Shown in pieces: positions 21,183 to 29,235 of a stretch of DNA of 32,000 nt. The stretch comes from Coprobacillaceae bacterium (GTDB lineage Bacteria > Bacillota_I > Bacilli_A > Erysipelotrichales > Coprobacillaceae), in the NCBI GenBank assembly GCA_963675915.1, contig OY780959.1:2520001-2552000 (forward strand). Reading direction: 5' to 3'. Below the pieces are notes generated by a model. That model did no database searches. It was not told the origin of the DNA and worked only from the letters and a program-made list of their open reading frames with translations. Positions within the stretch are counted from its first letter, which is position 1; each line of letters opens with the position of its first letter. The position numbers were made by a program, and so were the translations under genes.

Positions 21183-21804
21183 TGAAGTCAACATCAATGT
21201 GGGAACTGTCAGTTTGCCTGGATTCCTGGAAATTCCAGCCGGAGCTAGCGGAATCGTTATTTTTGCCCATGGAAGCGGCAGCAGCCGTTTTAGCCCCAGA
21301 AATAACTTTGTAGCCGAAGTGCTTAGAAAGAGGGGCCTGGGGACTCTTCTCATGGATCTGATGACTCCTGAGGAGGATCAGGATTACCAGCGCCGCTTCG
21401 ACATCAATCTGCTGGTCAGTCGATTACTCGCCACTACCTTATGGCTGCAGGAGCAGGATGAAACCCGAAATCTGAAAATCGGCTATTTTGGCGGTAGCAC
21501 TGGTGCAGCAGCAGCCGTTGAATCAGCTGCCAAGTTAGAAGAACGGGTGAGCGCTGTTGTTGCCCGGGGTGGGCGGGTAGACCTTGCTTTTTCTTACCTG
21601 GATCAACTCAAAGCGCCTACTCTTTTAATTGTCGGTGGACTTGATAGTGGTGTTCTAGAGATCAACCAGCAAGCACTTGGGGAAATCAAGGCTGTCAAGA
21701 AACTGGAAATCGTTTCCGGGGCCACCCACCTCTTTGAAGAGCCGGGAACCCTAGAAGCCGTCGCTACAATTTCCGCAGATTGGTTTGTGAGGTATTTGAG
21801 TTAA
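21166..21804 (+). CDS. Dienelactone hydrolase-like alpha/beta hydrolase
   Basis: 212 aa from ATG 21166 (AAGGAGG at 21151-21157), overlapping the PRTase 3' end by 17 nt. HGSGSS oxyanion region, nucleophile elbow GGSTG, and Asp (VGGLD) and His (GATHLF) in the expected order. Confidence 0.8.
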   Translation: MKSLSNEVNINVGTVSLPGFLEIPAGASGIVIFAHGSGSSRFSPRNNFVAEVLRKRGLGTLLMDLMTPEEDQDYQRRFDINLLVSRLLATTLWLQEQDETRNLKIGYFGGSTGAAAAVESAAKLEERVSAVVARGGRVDLAFSYLDQLKAPTLLIVGGLDSGVLEINQQALGEIKAVKKLEIVSGATHLFEEPGTLEAVATISADWFVRYLS

Positions 21805-22226
21805 AGTCTAAAGTTTGTCTTTGAAGGGGGAGAGTCGAATGTTTACCATTATCGCTTGTCGTGTCATTACGGTCAATTAACGAAGTTATAATATCTTCTA
21901 TGGATAACTCCATAAAAAAGTTGCAAATCTCAATCACCAATTGAAACTGAAAAACCACTAATTCAGGTGATGAACCTGATCTTCGGCAAGATGTTGAAAA
22001 AAGCACAAAAAAGGCTTATTGGAAGATTTGAATGATATCAAAACTGCAGCCGAAAAGCGATGAGAAAACCGATCTAAATAGTTGTTAAGATAATCAATTT
22101 AGCAAAAGCAGTAGGGTTTTACGGTCTTGTGTTTGCTTGGGCGTAGATTAGCCCAGCTCGAGTCGACTCGAATTAAAGTTAAAATAGAATTGATTGAAGT
22201 AGGATACCGGTATTACCGATTAATCG

Positions 22227-22260
22227 AAAAAACCTCCTGCAAATATGCAGGAGGTTTTTT
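22227..22260 (+). terminator. Strong, potentially bidirectional intrinsic terminator
   Basis: A6, then a perfect 9-bp stem CCTCCTGCA / TGCAGGAGG with loop AATA, then T6. Confidence 0.8.
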
Positions 22261-22396
22261 GAGGTTTTGAAGATAGCAACAGTCTGATTCGTTCAATTCA
22301 CAATCAATTGGTTCAAAGCTTTTGGAGAAAAATCCCAAGGGCGAAGATTGTTTTTCGAAAAGTCCTGAAATGGATTGTCTGTTTGGAGAGAAGGTG

Positions 22397-22402
22397 TATA
22401 AT
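22397..22402 (+). promoter_or_regulatory. -10 box upstream of the GltB-like gene
   Basis: Perfect TATAAT lies 45 nt upstream of ATG 22448, with TTGTCT 16 nt upstream as a possible -35. Confidence 0.4.
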
Positions 22403-22447
22403 GTAGATAGTTATGGACAAATGTTCAAAAGACAAGGAGGGGATATC

Positions 22448-23950
22448 ATGACTTATTCACCATCATTATCATCAGCTTTTAACAAAACAAGAAACCGCAG
22501 TACCAAGCAATCACCGCAATCCGGGATGTGCTCGCTTTGCAGTGAGGAATGTGTGGGAACCTGTGAAGTCGGATTGGCAGCGGTACTTGGAGCAAGTACT
22601 GTCTATCCAACCACAACCGGGACCAATCAGGTAGCTTCGGAAAAAGACTATCCGGTTGATTTTTCTCATTTCAATATCAATGGCCGGGTCTTTGGCGCTA
22701 CTGGATGTAATGCCACGTACGAAGAGGCGACGATATTCAACGTCAACTTGAAACGGTCATTCGGGATTTCCAACAAGGTGCGCTTGAATATGCCGATAAT
22801 TCTACCGGCAGTTGTCAAATTGAACTGGGAAGATTATTATGCCGGGGCAGCTATGGCCGGAGTGGTTTGTGTGATTGGGGAGGATGCCAGAAACAAGGAT
22901 CCGGAACTGAAAATTGAAAATGGAAAAGTAGTTCATTTTCCAGCTCTAAAAAAGATGTTGGGCTCATTTAACAAATATTATCGTGGTTACGGACAGATAG
23001 TTCTACAGTGTAATGTTGAAGATGATCTGCTGGGTGTACCTGAATATGCGATTACCCATCAAGGGGCCGAAGCGATTGAATTCAAGTTCGGCCAATCGGC
23101 CAAAGGAACCCAACCGGTAACCAAGTTGAAAGACCGGGATGAAGCCCTGCGTAAACAGGAACTGGGAATTTTGGTTCACCCGGATCCGACAGATCTCGAA
23201 ATTATCAAGGCAGATGAAAAGGGAGTCTGCCAGAATTTCTATTCCTATGGAAGGTTGCCTTTATGGGACGAAGTGTATCTGACTAAACGGATAGGCGAGT
23301 TGCGAAAGTTGGGCGCCAAGAATATTTATTTTAAAATGGCTGGGTATGACCCGTCCGATTTGGAGAGAGTGATTAAAATCGCCAGCAATGCCGGAGTTGA
23401 TATGATCACGTTCGATGGCGCTGGGGGCGGCAGTGGCTACAGTCCGTGTAAAATGATGAATGAATGGTCATTGCCTACAATTTCCATGGAAAGCACAATA
23501 TGTCAGATTGTCACAAGTCTTGAGGGCCAGAATTACCGGATTCCCGAACTCGTGGTAACTGGTGGTTTTGCCTCGGAAGATCAGGTTTTCAAAGCGTTGG
23601 CTTTTGGCGATGGGAAAATCGGGGCGGTGGGAATCTGCCGGGCGGCCATGGCAGCGGCAATGACCGGAAAAAAATGCGGTGAGATGATCAAGGATGGAAC
23701 GATTCCTAAACATTTGCAGGAATATGGCAGCACCGTTGAGCAAGTATTCGGTGACTTGCCCGACTTGCGGGCACTTTATGGATTAGAGGCCAACGATTTC
23801 CCGCCAGGGGCAATCGGTGTCTTTTCCTATCTGAACAAGATTGCCTTTGGGATAAGACATTTTGCAGCCCTTAACCGGAAATTCGACATTAAATATCTAG
23901 AGCGCAGTGATTTGATACCATTGACCAGTGAGGTTAAAGAGCTGTACTAA
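22448..23950 (+). CDS. FMN-binding glutamate synthase-related (GltB domain 2-like) oxidoreductase with an N-terminal Cys cluster
   Basis: 500 aa from ATG 22448 (AAGGAGGGG upstream). FDGAGGGSGYSP and VVTGGF segments resemble the Glu_synthase FMN TIM barrel. N-terminal CSLCSEECVGTC. The track ORF start (22322) lies upstream of the likely promoter. Confidence 0.65.
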   Translation: MTYSPSLSSAFNKTRNRSTKQSPQSGMCSLCSEECVGTCEVGLAAVLGASTVYPTTTGTNQVASEKDYPVDFSHFNINGRVFGATGCNATYEEATIFNVNLKRSFGISNKVRLNMPIILPAVVKLNWEDYYAGAAMAGVVCVIGEDARNKDPELKIENGKVVHFPALKKMLGSFNKYYRGYGQIVLQCNVEDDLLGVPEYAITHQGAEAIEFKFGQSAKGTQPVTKLKDRDEALRKQELGILVHPDPTDLEIIKADEKGVCQNFYSYGRLPLWDEVYLTKRIGELRKLGAKNIYFKMAGYDPSDLERVIKIASNAGVDMITFDGAGGGSGYSPCKMMNEWSLPTISMESTICQIVTSLEGQNYRIPELVVTGGFASEDQVFKALAFGDGKIGAVGICRAAMAAAMTGKKCGEMIKDGTIPKHLQEYGSTVEQVFGDLPDLRALYGLEANDFPPGAIGVFSYLNKIAFGIRHFAALNRKFDIKYLERSDLIPLTSEVKELY

Positions 23951-24016
23951 GAGCATTGTTGATTCGATGACGAATCAATAATTTTGGAAAAACAACAGGA
24001 TAAATAGGTGATAAGC

Positions 24017-24061
24017 ACTTTGAAAGTGAGATTGGAGCTCTGACTTTCAAGGTGTTTTTTT
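24017..24061 (+). terminator. Rho-independent terminator after the GltB-like gene
   Basis: 12-bp stem CACTTTGAAAGT / ACTTTCAAGGTG (one G-U pair) followed by T7. A smaller hairpin TTGATTCG/CGAATCAA sits at 23959-23978. Confidence 0.75.
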
Positions 24062-24270
24062 ATGTGAATGAGGCCTCAAAATGATAATCACGTTCACTCC
24101 AGAGGAAATTGGTTCAGTGATAAAATTTTATTAATTAACACTTTTTCTTTTAATGTTGACATAAAAATCAGGGAACATTTTAGGCCACGGACCCAAAATG
24201 TTTGGTCTCTTATAAAAAATTATCAATTTAATAAACATTAATTATCATAGTGGTAAATAAATTGCAACGT

Positions 24271-24295
24271 AATAAAAAATTTTTAATTTTTTATT
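24271..24295 (+). promoter_or_regulatory. AT-only inverted repeat abutting the -35 of the ABC operon promoter (candidate operator or UP element)
   Basis: AATAAAAAATT-TTT-AATTTTTTATT, with 11-bp arms. It shares the 11-mer AATTTTTAATT with the palindrome at 29924-29943. Confidence 0.3.
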
Positions 24296-24323
24296 GACTT
24301 TGTCGGGCGGTTGTTGTTATTAT
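24294..24323 (+). promoter_or_regulatory. Sigma-A type promoter of the ABC locus
   Basis: TTGACT (24294-24299), 18 nt spacer, TGtTATTAT (-10 at 24318-24323). Confidence 0.5.
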
Positions 24324-24357
24324 CATGTTAAGAAGTAGTTAAGAGAAAGGAGTACAT

Positions 24358-25020
24358 ATGAGAAATCTACAGTTTGATAAACTTTTGCCTTTCATGGATC
24401 AGTTCTTGATTGGGTTTGGAAGAACCATCGAGGTCACCATTATTGCATTTCTTCTGGCATTTGTTTTTGCGATATTCCTAGCGGTTGTGAGAATGACAAA
24501 CAATAGAGTGCTTGTGTTGATACATGATACTTGGGTTTTGATTATTAGATCAGTCCCCGTGTTATTACAATTATTTTTGATGGCATATGCCTTCCCGGCA
24601 ATTACCGGCTTTGATTTGGGGGAGACCCTGGCAGGTGAGTTGACTTTGGCGATTAATGCTTCGGTGTATATGACAGAGAGTATTCGTGGTGGTTTTGCAG
24701 GAGTCGACAAAGGGCAGCGTGAAGCAGCATTGGCTTTGGCAATCAATCCAAGAACAACCTTTTTCTACATCACATTACCTCAGGCTTTCAAAAGTATACT
24801 GCCCTCGATGATGAATGAGGTAATCCTCCAGTTCAAATCAACGGCATTGTTGGCTCAGATTGGAGTATTTGAATTATTCATGGTTAGTCACAACGTAATC
24901 GTGGCTTCATATGCAAGTTTCGAACCATTTCTGTTCGTAGCAATTATATATTACGTTGTAGTTATGATACTTACAAAGATATCAAAAGTGATAGAAGGAA
25001 GGATGATGCTCAGTGATTAG
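24358..25020 (+). CDS. Polar amino acid ABC transporter permease (His/Glu/Gln/Arg/opine family), copy 1
   Basis: 220 aa, multi-TM, with EAA-type loop ESIRGGFAGVDKGQREAALALAINP. RBS AAAGGAG upstream. Confidence 0.85.
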   Translation: MRNLQFDKLLPFMDQFLIGFGRTIEVTIIAFLLAFVFAIFLAVVRMTNNRVLVLIHDTWVLIIRSVPVLLQLFLMAYAFPAITGFDLGETLAGELTLAINASVYMTESIRGGFAGVDKGQREAALALAINPRTTFFYITLPQAFKSILPSMMNEVILQFKSTALLAQIGVFELFMVSHNVIVASYASFEPFLFVAIIYYVVVMILTKISKVIEGRMMLSD

Positions 25021-25738
25021 TATTAGAGAATTAAAGAAAAGTTATGGAAAACTTGAAGTATTAAAAGGTATAAGTTTGGATATTCCAGACGGACAGATAT
25101 TGGCATTGATCGGACCTTCGGGTTCAGGTAAATCAACATTGTTAAGATCTATCAATGTTATGGAAAAAGCTACAAGCGGTCAAGTCCTGCTAGGTTATGA
25201 TGATCTTGTGAGTCTGACCAACCGGGATATGAGAATTGTGAGAAAAGATATCGGAATGGTATTCCAGCATTTCAATTTATTCCCCCACATGACGGTAAAA
25301 GAAAATATTACTTTTTCACCACGTAAGACCTTGAAACAGTCGAAAGAAGAAGCAGATAAAAAAGCGATGGAATTGCTGGAACGAGTTGGTTTGGCGGATA
25401 AGGCTGATGTTTATCCAAATAAATTATCTGGAGGTCAAAAGCAACGTGTGGCTATTGCCAGAGCACTGGCGATGGAACCGAAAATCATGCTGTTCGATGA
25501 ACCGACATCGGCATTGGACCCCGAAATGGTTAAGGAAGTACTGGATGTTATCAAAGAGTTAAGTAACTCGGGAATGACAATGTTAATTGTTACCCATGAG
25601 ATGGGATTTGCTCGAGAAATAGCAGATAGAATCCTGTTCCTGGATGGCGGATACATTGTCGAAGATGCGGATCCGGAAACTTTCTTTACCAACCCGTCTA
25701 CTGACAGAGCAAAACAATTCCTACAAAAGGTCATGTAA
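25013..25738 (+). CDS. Polar amino acid ABC transporter ATP-binding protein
   Basis: 241 aa with Walker A GPSGSGKST, signature LSGGQKQRVAIARAL and Walker B MLFDEPTSALD. The GTG start overlaps the permease stop. Confidence 0.9.
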   Translation: MISIRELKKSYGKLEVLKGISLDIPDGQILALIGPSGSGKSTLLRSINVMEKATSGQVLLGYDDLVSLTNRDMRIVRKDIGMVFQHFNLFPHMTVKENITFSPRKTLKQSKEEADKKAMELLERVGLADKADVYPNKLSGGQKQRVAIARALAMEPKIMLFDEPTSALDPEMVKEVLDVIKELSNSGMTMLIVTHEMGFAREIADRILFLDGGYIVEDADPETFFTNPSTDRAKQFLQKVM

Positions 25739-26400
25739 TGAAAAAAATTGGACTTTTGAACATCGGTGACTCGCCGATTCTGGGAATAGATCGGGAAAAG
25801 GAAACTTTTCTTAAGAGTTACGAAGTTATTGAAACTGGAATTCTTGATGGTTTGACCGATAAGCAGGTATCGCAATACTTATGGCAAGGCGAAGGCCCAC
25901 TGCTGAGTGTTGAGAGAAACAACGGTGACTTCATCAAGATGGAAAAGAAATCAATCTTTCCTTTGATTCAAAAAGCGATCAATGATTTAGAACAAAACGG
26001 AGCAAAGGTTATCTATATCCATTGCACCAGCAATTTTCCTGAATTTGACCATGAAGGGATATTGCTTGAACCGGGAGTGCTGATGAAAAACCTGGTATCC
26101 ATGATGCCACAATCCCCAGAGGTTATCATCCTCACCCCAACCGAAAGTCATCGAAAGCAAGTTGAAGAAAAGTGGAAGCCATTAGGATTGATACCGAAGA
26201 TATTCGCATTAAATCCAATGACTTACACCGAGAAAGAAGTAGAAAATATATGCAAAGAATCACAAAATTGCAATGCAATGATTCTGGATTGCGCATCGTA
26301 TAATCTGGAATTGCTTGAAATGATTGGCAGCAGATACAATGGACTTGTTATCCAACCCTTATCCCTGTCTCTAAATGTTGCTAAATCACTACTTAACTAA
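25738..26400 (+). CDS. AroM-like protein (Asp/Glu/hydantoin racemase-like fold), function unknown
   Basis: 220 aa. By eye it is colinear with my recollection of E. coli AroM (IGLLNIGDSPI, LLEPGVL, ILTPTE...KW, MILDCASY, C-terminal ...AKSLL). The ATG overlaps the ATPase stop (TAATG). Confidence 0.5.
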   Translation: MKKIGLLNIGDSPILGIDREKETFLKSYEVIETGILDGLTDKQVSQYLWQGEGPLLSVERNNGDFIKMEKKSIFPLIQKAINDLEQNGAKVIYIHCTSNFPEFDHEGILLEPGVLMKNLVSMMPQSPEVIILTPTESHRKQVEEKWKPLGLIPKIFALNPMTYTEKEVENICKESQNCNAMILDCASYNLELLEMIGSRYNGLVIQPLSLSLNVAKSLLN

Positions 26401-26497
26401 GGGGTCACATATAAGCAAGTTATTATTGGAGTTATGGAAACATTAATTATTACTATGGGGGATCAACCTTACAAAAAGAACGATAGGAGAAATCAAC

Positions 26498-27307
26498 ATG
26501 AAAAAATTAGGTAAATTTTTAACTGCAACAACTTTAGGATTAAGCTTATTACTTACAGGGTGTGCCAGCAATGATGCACCATCAACAGATGAAACACCAA
26601 CAACAGGTGAAGGTAGAAGACTCGAAGGTGTCGAATTAGTATTCATCGGAGACGCATTCAACCCTTACCGTATTGTCGGAGACGACGGAAGCAAAAGCGG
26701 ATACGATTTCGCTGTCCAAGAAGAATTACAAGAAATCTTAGGTTATACAATTGACTTCGAACAAGTTGAATTCGCGGCAGTATTGTCATCAATCGCAGCT
26801 GGAACAGCTGACTTTGGAATGACCTTGACACCGACAGAAGAAAGAAAAGAAACATTCGGATTCACTCAAGCATACTATGAACCAAAATCAGGGGTTCTAT
26901 CAGCAGCGGATTCGGGAATTGAATCTTGGGAAGATTTAGCTGGTAAAACAGTAATCGCACCATCATCTACACTGCATGCCGAAGTGGCTTATTCAATTCC
27001 TGATGTAACAGTATTGGAACTTGAAAATATCGCTCTTGGATGTGAAGAAGTACTTGCAGGAAGAGCTGATGCTGTAATCGCCGATTCAGTTCAATTGACT
27101 GTATACGGTGCTGAATATGGAATGGACGTATTTGCAACAACAGCAGATGATCATGGAGTTGAAATGAATGGATATACAATCGCATTCAAAAAAGGAAGCG
27201 AATATATCGATGACTTCAACTATGCATTCGATATCTTAAAAGAAAATGGAACATTGACTGAACTTCAAAAAGAATGGTTAGGCGAAACAAACGCTATCGA
27301 ATATTAA
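26498..27307 (+). CDS. Polar amino acid ABC transporter substrate-binding lipoprotein, copy A
   Basis: 269 aa with lipobox LLTGC and a low-complexity linker (DETPTTGEG), then a type 2 periplasmic-binding fold (DFGMTLTPTEERKETF). RBS TAGGAG upstream. Confidence 0.85.
   Translation: MKKLGKFLTATTLGLSLLLTGCASNDAPSTDETPTTGEGRRLEGVELVFIGDAFNPYRIVGDDGSKSGYDFAVQEELQEILGYTIDFEQVEFAAVLSSIAAGTADFGMTLTPTEERKETFGFTQAYYEPKSGVLSAADSGIESWEDLAGKTVIAPSSTLHAEVAYSIPDVTVLELENIALGCEEVLAGRADAVIADSVQLTVYGAEYGMDVFATTADDHGVEMNGYTIAFKKGSEYIDDFNYAFDILKENGTLTELQKEWLGETNAIEY
26512..27306 (+). repeat. Near-identical direct repeat, copy A (offset 1074 nt to copy B)
   Basis: By eye I find only three differences from 27586-28380: T/C at 26614/27688, T/C at 27295/28369, and the last base of the stop codon. 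Confidence 0.85.
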
Positions 27308-27371
27308 ACAAAATATAAAATTAGCCCAAAAATTTCCCGCTAATTTATGTAAAAAACAGTTAAGTACTAAA

Positions 27372-27399
27372 ATCAAGAGGCACCCCAATGCCTCTTGAT
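27372..27399 (+). terminator. Stable hairpin between the two binding-protein genes (possible T-tract-poor terminator or processing site)
   Basis: Perfect 11-bp stem ATCAAGAGGCA / TGCCTCTTGAT with loop CCCCAA. There is no T run on +, and TTTT follows it on the - strand. Confidence 0.4.
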
Positions 27400-27571
27400 C
27401 AAAGGAAAAATTGGAACTAGTGAAATGTTTGGCAGCTCCAAAAGTTGACTGGATAACTGCTCTGATACACAACTTTTAGGCCGCTAGACAAATTATTACC
27501 AAAAGGTAACATAAATGTAGTTTTACCATTGAAGTCTAAAAAAATATACGATATTATTAGGAGGTATCGAC

Positions 27572-28381
27572 ATGAATAAAATAGCTAAATTTTTAACTGC
27601 AACAACTTTAGGATTAAGCTTATTACTTACAGGGTGTGCCAGCAATGATGCACCATCAACAGATGAAACACCAACAACAGGTGAAGGCAGAAGACTCGAA
27701 GGTGTCGAATTAGTATTCATCGGAGACGCATTCAACCCTTACCGTATTGTCGGAGACGACGGAAGCAAAAGCGGATACGATTTCGCTGTCCAAGAAGAAT
27801 TACAAGAAATCTTAGGTTATACAATTGACTTCGAACAAGTTGAATTCGCGGCAGTATTGTCATCAATCGCAGCTGGAACAGCTGACTTTGGAATGACCTT
27901 GACACCGACAGAAGAAAGAAAAGAAACATTCGGATTCACTCAAGCATACTATGAACCAAAATCAGGGGTTCTATCAGCAGCGGATTCGGGAATTGAATCT
28001 TGGGAAGATTTAGCTGGTAAAACAGTAATCGCACCATCATCTACACTGCATGCCGAAGTGGCTTATTCAATTCCTGATGTAACAGTATTGGAACTTGAAA
28101 ATATCGCTCTTGGATGTGAAGAAGTACTTGCAGGAAGAGCTGATGCTGTAATCGCCGATTCAGTTCAATTGACTGTATACGGTGCTGAATATGGAATGGA
28201 CGTATTTGCAACAACAGCAGATGATCATGGAGTTGAAATGAATGGATATACAATCGCATTCAAAAAAGGAAGCGAATATATCGATGACTTCAACTATGCA
28301 TTCGATATCTTAAAAGAAAATGGAACATTGACTGAACTTCAAAAAGAATGGTTAGGCGAAACAAACGCCATCGAATATTAG
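27572..28381 (+). CDS. Polar amino acid ABC transporter substrate-binding lipoprotein, copy B
   Basis: 269 aa, identical to copy A except residues 2-6 (MNKIAK vs MKKLGK). RBS TAGGAGG upstream. Confidence 0.85.
   Translation: MNKIAKFLTATTLGLSLLLTGCASNDAPSTDETPTTGEGRRLEGVELVFIGDAFNPYRIVGDDGSKSGYDFAVQEELQEILGYTIDFEQVEFAAVLSSIAAGTADFGMTLTPTEERKETFGFTQAYYEPKSGVLSAADSGIESWEDLAGKTVIAPSSTLHAEVAYSIPDVTVLELENIALGCEEVLAGRADAVIADSVQLTVYGAEYGMDVFATTADDHGVEMNGYTIAFKKGSEYIDDFNYAFDILKENGTLTELQKEWLGETNAIEY
27586..28380 (+). repeat. Near-identical direct repeat, copy B
   Basis: See copy A. Flanks outside the coding core are only loosely similar. Confidence 0.85.
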
Positions 28382-28547
28382 AATCGAAAAATATTAGATA
28401 ATGACGGTTGGCTGTTCTGGGATACTCTGCTATTCCAGACTGGCCGATGGTCAATATCAGATTAAGCAATTACAAATGTGTTATACTCAAAAATCAAAAT
28501 TTTGACATGGCACATTTCTTAGGAGATTCTGGAAAGGGGAATGTGAA

Positions 28548-29219
28548 ATGGAATTGAATTTTGAAAGTATGATACCTTATTTGCCTTATTATATGGACGG
28601 TCTGAAACTGACCTTCCAGATAACTATTATTTCATTTATCGGAGCGCTGATTCTGGCGGTAATCCTGGTATTTTTAGGAATGCGAAATAATAAAATTATA
28701 AACTTTTTTGTTAATGGTTATATATCTTTTTTCAGAGGGGTGCCGACAATTGTCCAGTTGTTCCTGATTCATTTTGGGATTTCAGGAATTACTAATAATA
28801 CAGTCGTGTTTCCAACGGTCGTATCCGGGGAAATCACATTTGCATTGAATGCGGCAGCTTATCTCGCTGAAAGTTTACGCGGTGGTATAAACGGGGTCGA
28901 CCGAGGTCAGTACGAAGCGTCGAAAGCCCTGGCGGTAAGCGGGTTTGATCGAATGGTCTACGTAATCGCACCTCAAGCCTTGCATGTAATATTCCCATCA
29001 TTGATGAATATTACTATCAAACTCATTAAAGATTCGGCAATTTTGTCTCAGTTGGGAGCATTTGAACTGATGCGAAGTGCTTACTATACAATGGCCAGAT
29101 CATATCGGGCTTTTGAATCATTGATCGTCAGTGCGGTATTCTATTTTGTAATTATTGCAACATTGACATTGATATCAAAACTTGTAGAAAAACGTTTGAA
29201 CAAACATGAGCTAGCGTAA
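28548..29219 (+). CDS. Polar amino acid ABC transporter permease, copy 2
   Basis: 223 aa with EAA-type loop ESLRGGINGVDRGQYEASKALAVSG, paralogous to 24358-25020. Confidence 0.85.
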   Translation: MELNFESMIPYLPYYMDGLKLTFQITIISFIGALILAVILVFLGMRNNKIINFFVNGYISFFRGVPTIVQLFLIHFGISGITNNTVVFPTVVSGEITFALNAAAYLAESLRGGINGVDRGQYEASKALAVSGFDRMVYVIAPQALHVIFPSLMNITIKLIKDSAILSQLGAFELMRSAYYTMARSYRAFESLIVSAVFYFVIIATLTLISKLVEKRLNKHELA

Positions 29220-29235
29220 TATAAAGGAGGAAATC

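Noticed and set aside
21764-22006. 80-aa minus-strand ORF downstream of the hydrolase gene
   Set aside because: It overlaps the 3' end of the DLH-like gene, has no RBS and no recognisable domain. I treat the region as non-coding (see finding).
22158-22171. TCGAGTCGACTCGA, containing XhoI-like and SalI sites, as a possible cloning-vector or polylinker remnant
   Set aside because: The surrounding sequence is native-looking AT-rich intergenic DNA with further unrelated palindromes, and there are no other vector hallmarks. It is more simply a natural dyad.
22322-22447. Upstream extension (42 codons, TTG start) of the GltB-like ORF
   Set aside because: A perfect TATAAT (22397-22402) and a strong RBS (AAGGAGGGG) before ATG 22448 lie inside the extension, and the extension has no family-like sequence.
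26434-26514. 26-codon ORF (METLIITMGDQPYKKNDRRNQHEKIR) overlapping the start of binding-protein copy A
   Set aside because: Only a weak GGAG is present, there is no counterpart upstream of copy B, and I recognise no homology. Likely fortuitous.
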